64,000 nt of DNA, from the NCBI GenBank assembly GCA_044225175.1, contig JBGAJA010000001.1, positions 678,711 to 742,710 of the forward strand, given 5' to 3'. The notes beneath the pieces are model-generated. The model did no database searches and was not told where the DNA came from. It saw nothing but the letters and a program-made list of their open reading frames with translations. This DNA comes from Candidatus Omnitrophota bacterium (GTDB lineage Bacteria; Omnitrophota; Gorgyraeia; Zapsychrales; Fredricksoniimonadaceae). Both the position numbers and the translations under genes were made by a program. This document shows, piece after piece, positions 51,515 to 59,136 of the stretch. Position 1 is the stretch's first letter. Each line of letters opens with the position of its first letter.

Positions 51515-52033
51515 TTAACTTCTGTATGCCTTTTCAAGAGCTTTAACATTCAATTTTTTCATTTGGCACATCACTTCCATGACTTTGTCTTGCCTTTTTT
51601 GGTTCTTATCTTTTAATACCTTGGTCATAATACTTGGAAAAATCTGCCAAGATAAACCATACTTATCTTTAAGCCACCCACACGCCTGAGCCTTCTTATC
51701 TCCACCTTTTGAAAGCTTGTTCCAATAATAGTCTATTTCCTTCTGATCCTTACACTCAACCATCAAGGATACAGCTTCAGTAAACTTAAAAATGGGACCA
51801 CCATTGAGAGCCACGTACTCTTGCCCATTAAGTTTAAAGTTTATAGTTAGAATACTTCCGACCGGCATTCCGGAAGCCTTAGATGAGGATTCGGTATAAT
51901 AAGTAACATTTGTAATTTTCGAATTCTTAAATACAGATGTATAAAAATTGACTGCTTCTTTTGCATTGCGATTGAACCATAGGCAAGGCGTGATTCTCTT
52001 GTTAGACTTTTGGGACACTTTCCCTTTTTTCAT
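51515..52033 (-). CDS. VOC/PhnB-like (3-demethylubiquinone-9 3-MTase family) protein
   Basis: ITPCLWF, ALNGGP.FKFTEAVS, CGWLKDKYGLSWQ. Confidence 0.92.
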   Translation of the reverse strand: MKKGKVSQKSNKRITPCLWFNRNAKEAVNFYTSVFKNSKITNVTYYTESSSKASGMPVGSILTINFKLNGQEYVALNGGPIFKFTEAVSLMVECKDQKEIDYYWNKLSKGGDKKAQACGWLKDKYGLSWQIFPSIMTKVLKDKNQKRQDKVMEVMCQMKKLNVKALEKAYRS

Positions 52034-52067
52034 AGATCCTCCCTGATTAAAATAATTTAAACATGAA

Positions 52068-52556
52068 TCACCTATTTAATCGCCATATGACAAAATTAAG
52101 AACGGAAGCAAAACTAACCCACAGTAAATAGGGCAATAAAAGCACACCGGCAGGCCAATAAATACTCCAGAAACTCCACATAGTTAAAGCAATAAATATC
52201 CACAAAAATAACACTTCTATAAATGCCAACCCAGGATTTCGTAAGCCAAAGAATATCACTGACCAAAGTGCATTCAAAACCAACTGTACAAAAAATAATA
52301 TCAAAGGAAAACTCAATCCTTCTTGCGAAGTTCTCTGCCAAACCATCCATCCTGCAATTGCCATCATGAAATAAAGAATCGACCATACAGGAGCAAAAAT
52401 CTGATTCGGAGGATTCCAGGAAGGCTTCTTAATTGTGGGATACCAAGATTTTAAAGATTTATTTGTAGATATTGAACCTAAAACTGCCGCTAAGAAACAC
52501 AAAAGGATAAAAACCATCAAAGATATCATAAAACCCACCTCCTTATAAGTAAGCAT
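52068..52556 (-). CDS. tspO: TspO/MBR tryptophan-rich sensory protein
   Basis: WY..IKKPSWNPP..IFAPVW, QL.LN.LWS..FFG, LPYLLWVSFA. Confidence 0.93.
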   Translation of the reverse strand: MLTYKEVGFMISLMVFILLCFLAAVLGSISTNKSLKSWYPTIKKPSWNPPNQIFAPVWSILYFMMAIAGWMVWQRTSQEGLSFPLILFFVQLVLNALWSVIFFGLRNPGLAFIEVLFLWIFIALTMWSFWSIYWPAGVLLLPYLLWVSFASVLNFVIWRLNR

Positions 52557-52637
52557 TGTATCACTAACGTCTTACATATAATGAATCTATTAAGATACTA
52601 AGGCTAATATTATTTCTATGGGTCCATCAATATAAAC

Positions 52638-52666
52638 AAGAAAGCCCACTAAAAAGTGGGCTTCTT
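52638..52666 (-). terminator. Probable ancestral terminator of tRNA-Asn, displaced by integrations
   Basis: AAGAAAGCCCACT-AAAA-AGTGGGCTTCTT immediately next to the tRNA 3'-end duplication. Confidence 0.65.
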
Positions 52667-52670
52667 GTGT

Positions 52671-52681
52671 ATGGCTCCCCC
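52671..52681. repeat. att-like duplication of tRNA-Asn 3' end (outer)
   Basis: ATGGCTCCCCC identical to 58400-58410. Confidence 0.7.
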
Positions 52682-52726
52682 TAGTGGACGAGTTTTGCAA
52701 CTGGTTATCCCATCAACATGAGGAAA

Positions 52727-53050
52727 TTATTTTTTAAATATTTGAGCAACTTGAGGTATATAAAGATAACTAAACAGCGCTAAGGAAACGATCGTATTGA
52801 ACTGAATTATTGATTCGTTTGCAGAATATAAAACATAAACTGAATAAGAAAGAATTGCGAATAATAACAATATGGCTATGTTTCTTGCCCACAGCTTTAA
52901 CATCAACAATCCTATTCCACTAAAAAATAGCAATGTACCTAACCAGCCAGTTAAGAAATTTGTGGGTCCTGGGCCGATGTTCGTAAAACAAGCGAATAAC
53001 AATCCGTATAGACTGATTATTATTCCAATTATTCTTGTTAATATCTTCAT
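52727..53050 (-). CDS. Hypothetical 4-TM membrane protein (island cargo)
   Basis: Hydrophobic 107-aa ORF with GIGLL.LK.WAR motif, AT-rich. Confidence 0.6.
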   Translation of the reverse strand: MKILTRIIGIIISLYGLLFACFTNIGPGPTNFLTGWLGTLLFFSGIGLLMLKLWARNIAILLLFAILSYSVYVLYSANESIIQFNTIVSLALFSYLYIPQVAQIFKK

Positions 53051-53122
53051 TTATCTAAACCTTTCAAAAATCTAAAAATAAAACCCGTTGCAAGTATAAC
53101 ACTCACAACGGGTTTCTACAAT

Positions 53123-53131
53123 TGGCTCCCC
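53123..53131. repeat. att-like duplication of tRNA-Asn 3' end (inner)
   Basis: TGGCTCCCC preceded by the hairpin AAACCCGTTG...CAACGGGTTT (53081-53115). Confidence 0.65.
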
Positions 53132-53242
53132 GAGATGGACGCAAAGCGCACCATAATGAAGTTTCGCAACATTATGTAGTTCAATTGGTTATAAGAATGC
53201 AGAAAATTCGGGGTCGTGGCACAAGAATTATTCTTAGCTAAC

Positions 53243-53668
53243 TTAGAAGATAGTTTTTAATATCTTATCTGCCCCATCGATTAATTCATTTAATTCTTCA
53301 GAGGTAGGTTCACGTTTTTTGTTATGGTCACAAAGATTTCTCAAGTCTCCCAATCTTTGAATATATCTCCAACTGGGAGTATCTAAGACATTGTTATTCT
53401 TTAATAAATCATTTAAATCACTAATTGTAGGGTTTTTCTTTGAAATAACTATTTTATGATTTAAACAAACATGTTCTAAGTGTTTCTCTAGAACAACTCC
53501 TGTCATAGCCCCGGCTCCCCTTAAGAAACCATTTTTAACGAGCTCTTTAGCAGCAGAAAGTTCAGAGTCAAATAAATCTGCCTGTAAAATTTGTTTTATA
53601 TCAAAAAGAGAGCTTTCAAAACGAGATTTAATTGACATCAATATAGACAGTTGCATTTGACACTGCAT
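53243..53668 (-). pseudogene. 5'-truncated HEPN-domain protein
   Basis: ELSAAKELVKNG..RGAGAMTGVVLEKHL and RNLCDH (Rx4H) HEPN pattern; no SD, and the ORF appears to begin mid-protein. Confidence 0.6.
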
Positions 53669-53696
53669 AAAAACAACTCAATGAACAATTAACAAC

Positions 53697-53737
53697 AAAA
53701 AAACCTCCGCCTAACCAGTTATGGTCAATCGGAGGTT
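53697..53737 (-). terminator. Terminator of the 957-aa gene
   Basis: AACCTCCG...CGGAGGTT with a T run on the minus strand. Confidence 0.7.
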
Positions 53738-53761
53738 ATGACAGAAAGAGAAATCTTTCCG

Positions 53762-56635
53762 CTATCTCATGCTAAATCTTTCAGTCGCCATATGATCGTC
53801 ATTGATACCCAAAAACATCGGCACAGTTACAGACATCCGGTGAATATTGATAATGACCGGCTTAAGACCAGAAGAATTTTGCAACTGCTGGATCATGGCC
53901 GGATCAAAATTAAAATGAACACCCTGTCCATTGCCCTTAATCTGAAGCCCCATCCTGTCACGCGTTAAATCAATACCGCCATTTTGAGCCTGAACCACAA
54001 CCTGCGCCTTATCTACTGGCAAACTAACAATAAACTTTGTCCCCTTTCCAACTTCGGATTCGACCGACACATCTCCGTGCATTAAATTAACAATCGTATT
54101 TACCGCGTCCAATCCTATGCCTGTGCCTTGAATATCTGTCGCATTGCTGGCCCGATAACCTCTAGAAAAAATCTTGCTATTCTCTTCTGCAGGGATACCT
54201 ATTCCAGTATCCTCGACCTCAAAAACAGCAGATTCTCTTTCCTTATTATCTCCGTATTTTGGTTTCATCATTTTCTTAGTAAGCCGAACAATAACCCTTC
54301 CTTCTCGAGTATATTTAATTGCGTTCTGCACCAGATTATCAACTACAACCGCCATTAAATTCAGATCACATGATCTAACAACCAAATCCTCATCAGTTAA
54401 TTCAGTAACGAAATCAAGCCCTTTTGCTTTAGCCATTTCTCTAAACAATTCAACTCGCTGATGAACAGATGGTGATATATTCCTTACCTCGAAATCCGTC
54501 CCTTGCTCCAATAACTGTAAAAATGTTTCCATTGATTCGATAACATGCGACTCTTTTGCTGAGTATTCTAAATTGCTTATAAAACTGTCGTGCCACTTCT
54601 GACTCTCTGCATCATTCGCTCTGATTTTCTTTAAATACTGAGGAATATGGCCATAAATAAACGGAAAGATGCCGACTTTAAATATATCGACCCCGCCGTT
54701 ATGTCTTAAGATCATCATAAAATCACTGAAGTCTTTATACTGACTTTGCTGTAATGAATCTCTTACCCCAAACCAAGGGGCATGGCCATCAACAATAAGA
54801 GCACCGAGCCTGTCCTCTAAAGCCCTCCGATCTTGTTCTGTAAATTCTCCCGATGATTTGACTTTTTCTTCTGATCGCCCAACCACAATTCTTATATAAG
54901 CATCCTCTGTATTACGCCATTTCTCAAAATCAGGCGACACTTCAAGCCCTGAAAACATACCAATTTTCTGCATGGCAGAAATTCCCCGTTGATTCTTGGC
55001 ATCTGCCGCAGGCTTTTTGTCGTCAGAGATTACTGAATAGATTTCTTGTCTATCAAGATTGAAATTTACTAAATCTTGTTCACTAAAACCTAAAGTGTAG
55101 GAAAAATCATACGTCCAACCCCGTCCAAACCAGATAAGAACTTTATCCGCTTTGGCTTCCTCGGCTATCTGATGTAAAAAAGTCTCCAATTTCTCTCTCA
55201 TCTCCGGCTCGGAAAAACCAAGTACTGCTGGCAACGTTCTGATGGTATCTACATGAACTTTGATATCATCAGTAGCTTTTATAATTCGCGGATACGATTT
55301 GCTTTCAAATGCGTCAATGCCCTCATTTCTAAATACCTCTAATCCGTTAGCGAATTCTTGCTGAAGAGCAGGATAAAGACTTTGTATCGCTTTCAACCCA
55401 TCCAGTAAACGTTGCCGAGTCTCCGCTATTGTCAACCGATTAGGCACCTGCCCATTTAACGCTTGAGCGTTCATCGCCATATCAGCTGGAGCAAAATTGG
55501 ATTCGACAATCATGGCACTATCTGAAACACCATCAGGCAATCTACCGCGATCGGGCGTCTTGCTATATGCTTTTCTAATCTGATCAAACCCTGCACCACC
55601 TGAATAATATTTTCGGGTCACAATCTCATCCGTGGCCGAATCATAATCCTCTTTAATGTAGTTATATGCTCCCTTCTTGAACGCTACGACGTACTGCGCC
55701 CAGATCTTGTTCTTGGCCGCTTTATCCGCGATATCAACGCCACCCGTCTTTTCTTTATCAACGTAAGCTTTTCCGAAAATGCTCTCTTTAACCTTATCCT
55801 TGAACCAGACCGCCAAAATGAGCGAATGATACACCTGCCGTAACTGTGCGAAATTTTTCCCCTCATTAACCTCTTTCTCAAGAATCGGGATCACAACCTC
55901 ACGAACGATTTCAGAACCCAACTTGTTCGTCTCCTTAGCCTTCTCGACAGCCCCTTTGCCAGCCGTGCCTTTTTCGAGAGCCAAATAATCCTCTTCCAAC
56001 AGTACCTTCAACCGACTTTCAACGACATAGACCGAGTCCTTGTTCTCATAAACAACGGCCTTCTCTGGCACGATCCAAACCTTGTTGAACGTATCAATCG
56101 GAACATCGGCTGAGCCGTACCGCTTGCGGGCTTCCGCGTACACCTTATCCCAAAACTCCTTACCTATTTTCTCCTCGGGATAAATAACGGACGCTGTGAT
56201 CTGTTTGAGAATATAGTCCTGCGCCAGAAGATCCCGGCCCATCTCCGTCACGCCAAAAGCGTTTGGAATGATACGATCCTTTTCATACGGCGATAAATTG
56301 ACCCACAGGTCTTTTTCTGGAACAGTGATCGAGGCGAGAAAATACTTGATCAAACGTGTTGATTCTGACTTCAACTGTTCGATCGAATCACTGGAATTAC
56401 CCTTGTCGAGAATAAAATCAAGCCGAAATGGATTGTCTGGGTAAACTTTGACGCCTTTAAGAAGTGGCGGCGCAAATGCAGAACTTAAATTGATCCGAGT
56501 GCCGGGTTGCGGAAGCTGAAACAGTTCCTGTGCCTGGGCATAACGAACCGGCTCAATTCCGTTGGAAATCAGGAACGTAAATAAAAGAAAGGACGCAACG
56601 ATTCTGCGCCATAGTGATTGGTGCGATCTCATCAA
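53762..56635 (-). CDS. Secreted modular protein: conserved N-domain + cargo with histidine-kinase ATPase domain + GGIDL C-terminal module
   Basis: Signal peptide (AQA-Q); N-domain shared with 4060-6021; NLVQNAIKYT, DTGIGI, GTGIGL boxes; GGIDL...FDPAM tail. Confidence 0.85.
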   Translation of the reverse strand: MMRSHQSLWRRIVASFLLFTFLISNGIEPVRYAQAQELFQLPQPGTRINLSSAFAPPLLKGVKVYPDNPFRLDFILDKGNSSDSIEQLKSESTRLIKYFLASITVPEKDLWVNLSPYEKDRIIPNAFGVTEMGRDLLAQDYILKQITASVIYPEEKIGKEFWDKVYAEARKRYGSADVPIDTFNKVWIVPEKAVVYENKDSVYVVESRLKVLLEEDYLALEKGTAGKGAVEKAKETNKLGSEIVREVVIPILEKEVNEGKNFAQLRQVYHSLILAVWFKDKVKESIFGKAYVDKEKTGGVDIADKAAKNKIWAQYVVAFKKGAYNYIKEDYDSATDEIVTRKYYSGGAGFDQIRKAYSKTPDRGRLPDGVSDSAMIVESNFAPADMAMNAQALNGQVPNRLTIAETRQRLLDGLKAIQSLYPALQQEFANGLEVFRNEGIDAFESKSYPRIIKATDDIKVHVDTIRTLPAVLGFSEPEMREKLETFLHQIAEEAKADKVLIWFGRGWTYDFSYTLGFSEQDLVNFNLDRQEIYSVISDDKKPAADAKNQRGISAMQKIGMFSGLEVSPDFEKWRNTEDAYIRIVVGRSEEKVKSSGEFTEQDRRALEDRLGALIVDGHAPWFGVRDSLQQSQYKDFSDFMMILRHNGGVDIFKVGIFPFIYGHIPQYLKKIRANDAESQKWHDSFISNLEYSAKESHVIESMETFLQLLEQGTDFEVRNISPSVHQRVELFREMAKAKGLDFVTELTDEDLVVRSCDLNLMAVVVDNLVQNAIKYTREGRVIVRLTKKMMKPKYGDNKERESAVFEVEDTGIGIPAEENSKIFSRGYRASNATDIQGTGIGLDAVNTIVNLMHGDVSVESEVGKGTKFIVSLPVDKAQVVVQAQNGGIDLTRDRMGLQIKGNGQGVHFNFDPAMIQQLQNSSGLKPVIINIHRMSVTVPMFLGINDDHMATERFSMR

Positions 56636-56753
56636 TAGTGCCTTTTAAACTTAATTATAAGAAGATCCCTTTAATTATGTTTAAAGTTTACACTATGATT
56701 CCGCATTTTGCCACTTTTTGTCATTTGCAACAGCACTTTCGTAAGCCAAAAGG

Positions 56754-56791
56754 AAAACCCCGCCTAGCATGCTCCATACCAAGCGGGGATT
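56754..56791 (-). terminator. Intrinsic terminator
   Basis: Minus strand CCCCGCTTGGTATG-GAG-CATGCTAGGCGGGG-TTTT. Confidence 0.7.
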
Positions 56792-56814
56792 CCATCCCAC
56801 AAAAACCAGCTAAT

Positions 56815-57126
56815 TTATCGTCCTTTGAAATACAAGTTCACCAACTCAGCCGCCAGCTTCACCTTACCACCGATGTGCCAATTCGTATTCCACTCCGGAT
56901 CAACCCGTGATTTATAATCGTAGATCGTAAACACAAGACCGTTGATCCTACCAACCCATTCAGCCTTGATTTTTCCATCTAATGATGCGCCCAACTGAGG
57001 CTTGCCGAAAACCCGGACGATATCCTCGTACCGGGTGCCTTCGGGTAAGTACCCCTGACAACCAGTACCATCGTGCGACACGTCGCCCATAGCGACATTG
57101 ATGTCGATCGTAGCCCGGACTTTCAT
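56815..57126 (-). CDS. Hypothetical phage/MGE-type protein
   Basis: MKVRATID start overlapping the upstream stop; GT..QG, FG.P, DGK..AEW, TIYDYK, WHIGG. Confidence 0.65.
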   Translation of the reverse strand: MKVRATIDINVAMGDVSHDGTGCQGYLPEGTRYEDIVRVFGKPQLGASLDGKIKAEWVGRINGLVFTIYDYKSRVDPEWNTNWHIGGKVKLAAELVNLYFKGR

Positions 57127-57356
57127 GCTTGCACCTTCTTTGAACCCCAGCCAGCTTTCCATCTTGTAACAGCGCCAGTGACAACCTGATCAATTTGCTC
57201 TGACGTAACACCATCAGCCAGCACCTGCCCCAGCTCCGCCTTGTTAAGAACGCGAAAATTCTTGATGCCCCTCTCCTTGGCCAACAGCATAAGAGCCTGC
57301 CGAGTTTCGGGTAAAGCAACCGGGGGTTTAACAACTTTCTTTTCTTTCTTAGCCAC
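57123..57356 (-). CDS. Small basic protein with Rho-N-like helical motif
   Basis: GTG start after AAGGAGG; LMLLAKERGIKNFRVLNKAEL. Confidence 0.6.
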   Translation of the reverse strand: MAKKEKKVVKPPVALPETRQALMLLAKERGIKNFRVLNKAELGQVLADGVTSEQIDQVVTGAVTRWKAGWGSKKVQA

Positions 57357-57519
57357 AATGCCCTCCTTGTTATGATTTGTTTGAACGTCCGATGGTCGTA
57401 TAAGGCCATACGGTTCAATAGTTGGCAAGGCATTGTTATCTATTTGAAGATCAAAAAAGCCGCCTGCCCGATGATCAGAATTGCCCCGCGCCCGCATTCT
57501 TCCCAGACGACATTGCTCA

Positions 57520-58442
57520 TCAACACTTACCTCGGCAAAAAAGAAATCAACAAGGCATGGAAAACCAAAGACCAAAGCACCCTGCCAGAGAAAAGACGCT
57601 ATCGTCTCGCGGACGCAGTCTGGGAACCCCTGATCGATGAGCAGACATTCAATCAGGTTCAATTATTATTAAAGAAAAACTACAACTCAAAACACAATGC
57701 CGCTTTAGCAATCAAACATACCTATTTATTGAATTCGGGAAAATTATGGTGTGACGTTTGCGGAAGTGAAATGGAAGGCGGATCGGGGACGGGTCGTTTT
57801 CAGAAAAAATATTATTATTACCTCTGTAAGAAGACTCAATGCAAATTCAGGGTGCCTGCGGATGAGATCGAAACCTTTATCATCGGATACATCAAGGAAC
57901 TTGCCACGAAAAAAGAAGATTTGAAATTAATCATCCAAGCAACCAATGGCCAACTGCACAAGGAACTCCCCCAGCTCGTAACCCAAAAATCTTGCCTGCA
58001 AAAAGAGCTGACACAGGTACAAAACCTTGCCCAAGGCATTCTTGAAAAATGGTCATCCCTTGCAACGGACGATAATGCGCTTTTCATAAAAGATAAACTG
58101 GATGAACTTGGGAAACGCCGGAAGGACATTGAAAACGGAATTTCAACGCTGGAGATTATGATCGGGGAGATTGAGCGGGAATCGGTGAACCAAGAGATGA
58201 TGCAGTTAATGCTCACAAAGTTCAGTGAGATTTTTGACTCCATGAGACCCTACCAGCAGAAGGAACTCATCAACATCCTCCTGCATAAAGCCTGCCTGAG
58301 CCAATCAGAAATAAAAATAGCCTTGCACGGTAAACAAACCGATACAAGGCTATTTGATATTGGGACACCCCAGGGCGAAATACGCCCTGGGATATCCGAA
58401 TGGCTCCCCCGCGAGGGCTCGAACCTCGGACAAGCGCGTTAA
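57520..58442 (+). pseudogene. Large serine recombinase, N-terminal catalytic domain missing
   Basis: N.YLG...EPLIDEQTFNQVQ recombinase end, LLNSGKLWCDVCGSEM...YYYLC Zn ribbon, coiled coil, ends WLPREGSNL inside the tRNA; 5' boundary approximate. Confidence 0.8.
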
Positions 58443-58477
58443 CAGCGCGCTGCTCTACCTAACTGAGCTACAGGGGA
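58401..58477 (-). tRNA. tRNA-Asn (GTT)
   Basis: TCCCCTGTAGCTCAGTTAGGTAGAGCAGCGCGCT-GTT-AACGCGCTTGTCCGAGGTTCGAGCCCTCGCGGGGGAGCCA; full cloverleaf, encoded CCA. Confidence 0.96.
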
Positions 58478-58536
58478 ATAAATGATTTGTGAAGAGCTTA
58501 TTGCTAAAAAACTTTGGGTATTATACTGAAAAAAGT

Positions 58537-59136
58537 TTAGAAGTCAACCTGTCTGCGGGAATTTAGGGACATGGTTAAAGTCGACATGTCCACGTATTCA
58601 ACAGCTGATCCCATGGGAATTCCTAGACCTATGCGGCTGACCCTCACTCCTGTAGGCTTTAATTGCTGGCCGATGTATAGGGATGTCATCTCACCTTCTG
58701 TATCGGGATCTGTCGCAATGACTACTTCCTTAATTCCTTCTTGAATCACACGATTAATAAATTTAGAAAGATTAAGATCATCAGGACCCCTTCCTTCCGT
58801 CGGAGATATATTCCCCAGAAGGACATAATAAATGCCTTTAAAACTGCCTGTTCTTTCAATCGCCAGAAGGTCTTTTGGGCTTTCTACGACACAAATAATA
58901 TTACGGTCTCGGCCTGGATCTGAACAAACCATACATGTTTCTGTTTCAGTTAAATGGTTGCATTGCTTACAAAACCGCAGCCCTTCTTTTAACTGAACAA
59001 TAGAATCTGCCAGAGATTTCACATCCTCAGCACTCTGGGAAAGCATCCAAAACATAATACGCTCAGCACTCCTACGGCCAACACCTGGCAATTTACTTAA
59101 ACGATCTAAAAGGTTTTCAATTAATTTAGGATACAT
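58537..59136 (-). CDS. recR: Recombination protein RecR
   Basis: LPGVGRRSAER, C4 Zn finger, ICVVE, Toprim ATDPDTEGE. Confidence 0.96.
   Translation of the reverse strand: MYPKLIENLLDRLSKLPGVGRRSAERIMFWMLSQSAEDVKSLADSIVQLKEGLRFCKQCNHLTETETCMVCSDPGRDRNIICVVESPKDLLAIERTGSFKGIYYVLLGNISPTEGRGPDDLNLSKFINRVIQEGIKEVVIATDPDTEGEMTSLYIGQQLKPTGVRVSRIGLGIPMGSAVEYVDMSTLTMSLNSRRQVDF

Larger units (their letters stand above)
52672..58410. mobile_element. Degenerate tandem genomic island(s) integrated at tRNA-Asn
   Basis: TGGCTCCCC repeats at 52672, 53123 and 58401; serine recombinase remnant abutting the tRNA; visibly higher GC at about 55500-58400. Confidence 0.75.

Noticed and set aside
57372-57519. N-terminal 50 aa of the 356-aa recombinase ORF, and ORFs 56960-57433 and 57123-57662 as listed
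   Set aside because: No resolvase catalytic motif; this is fortuitous open frame across the truncation junction. The real small gene starts at GTG 57356.
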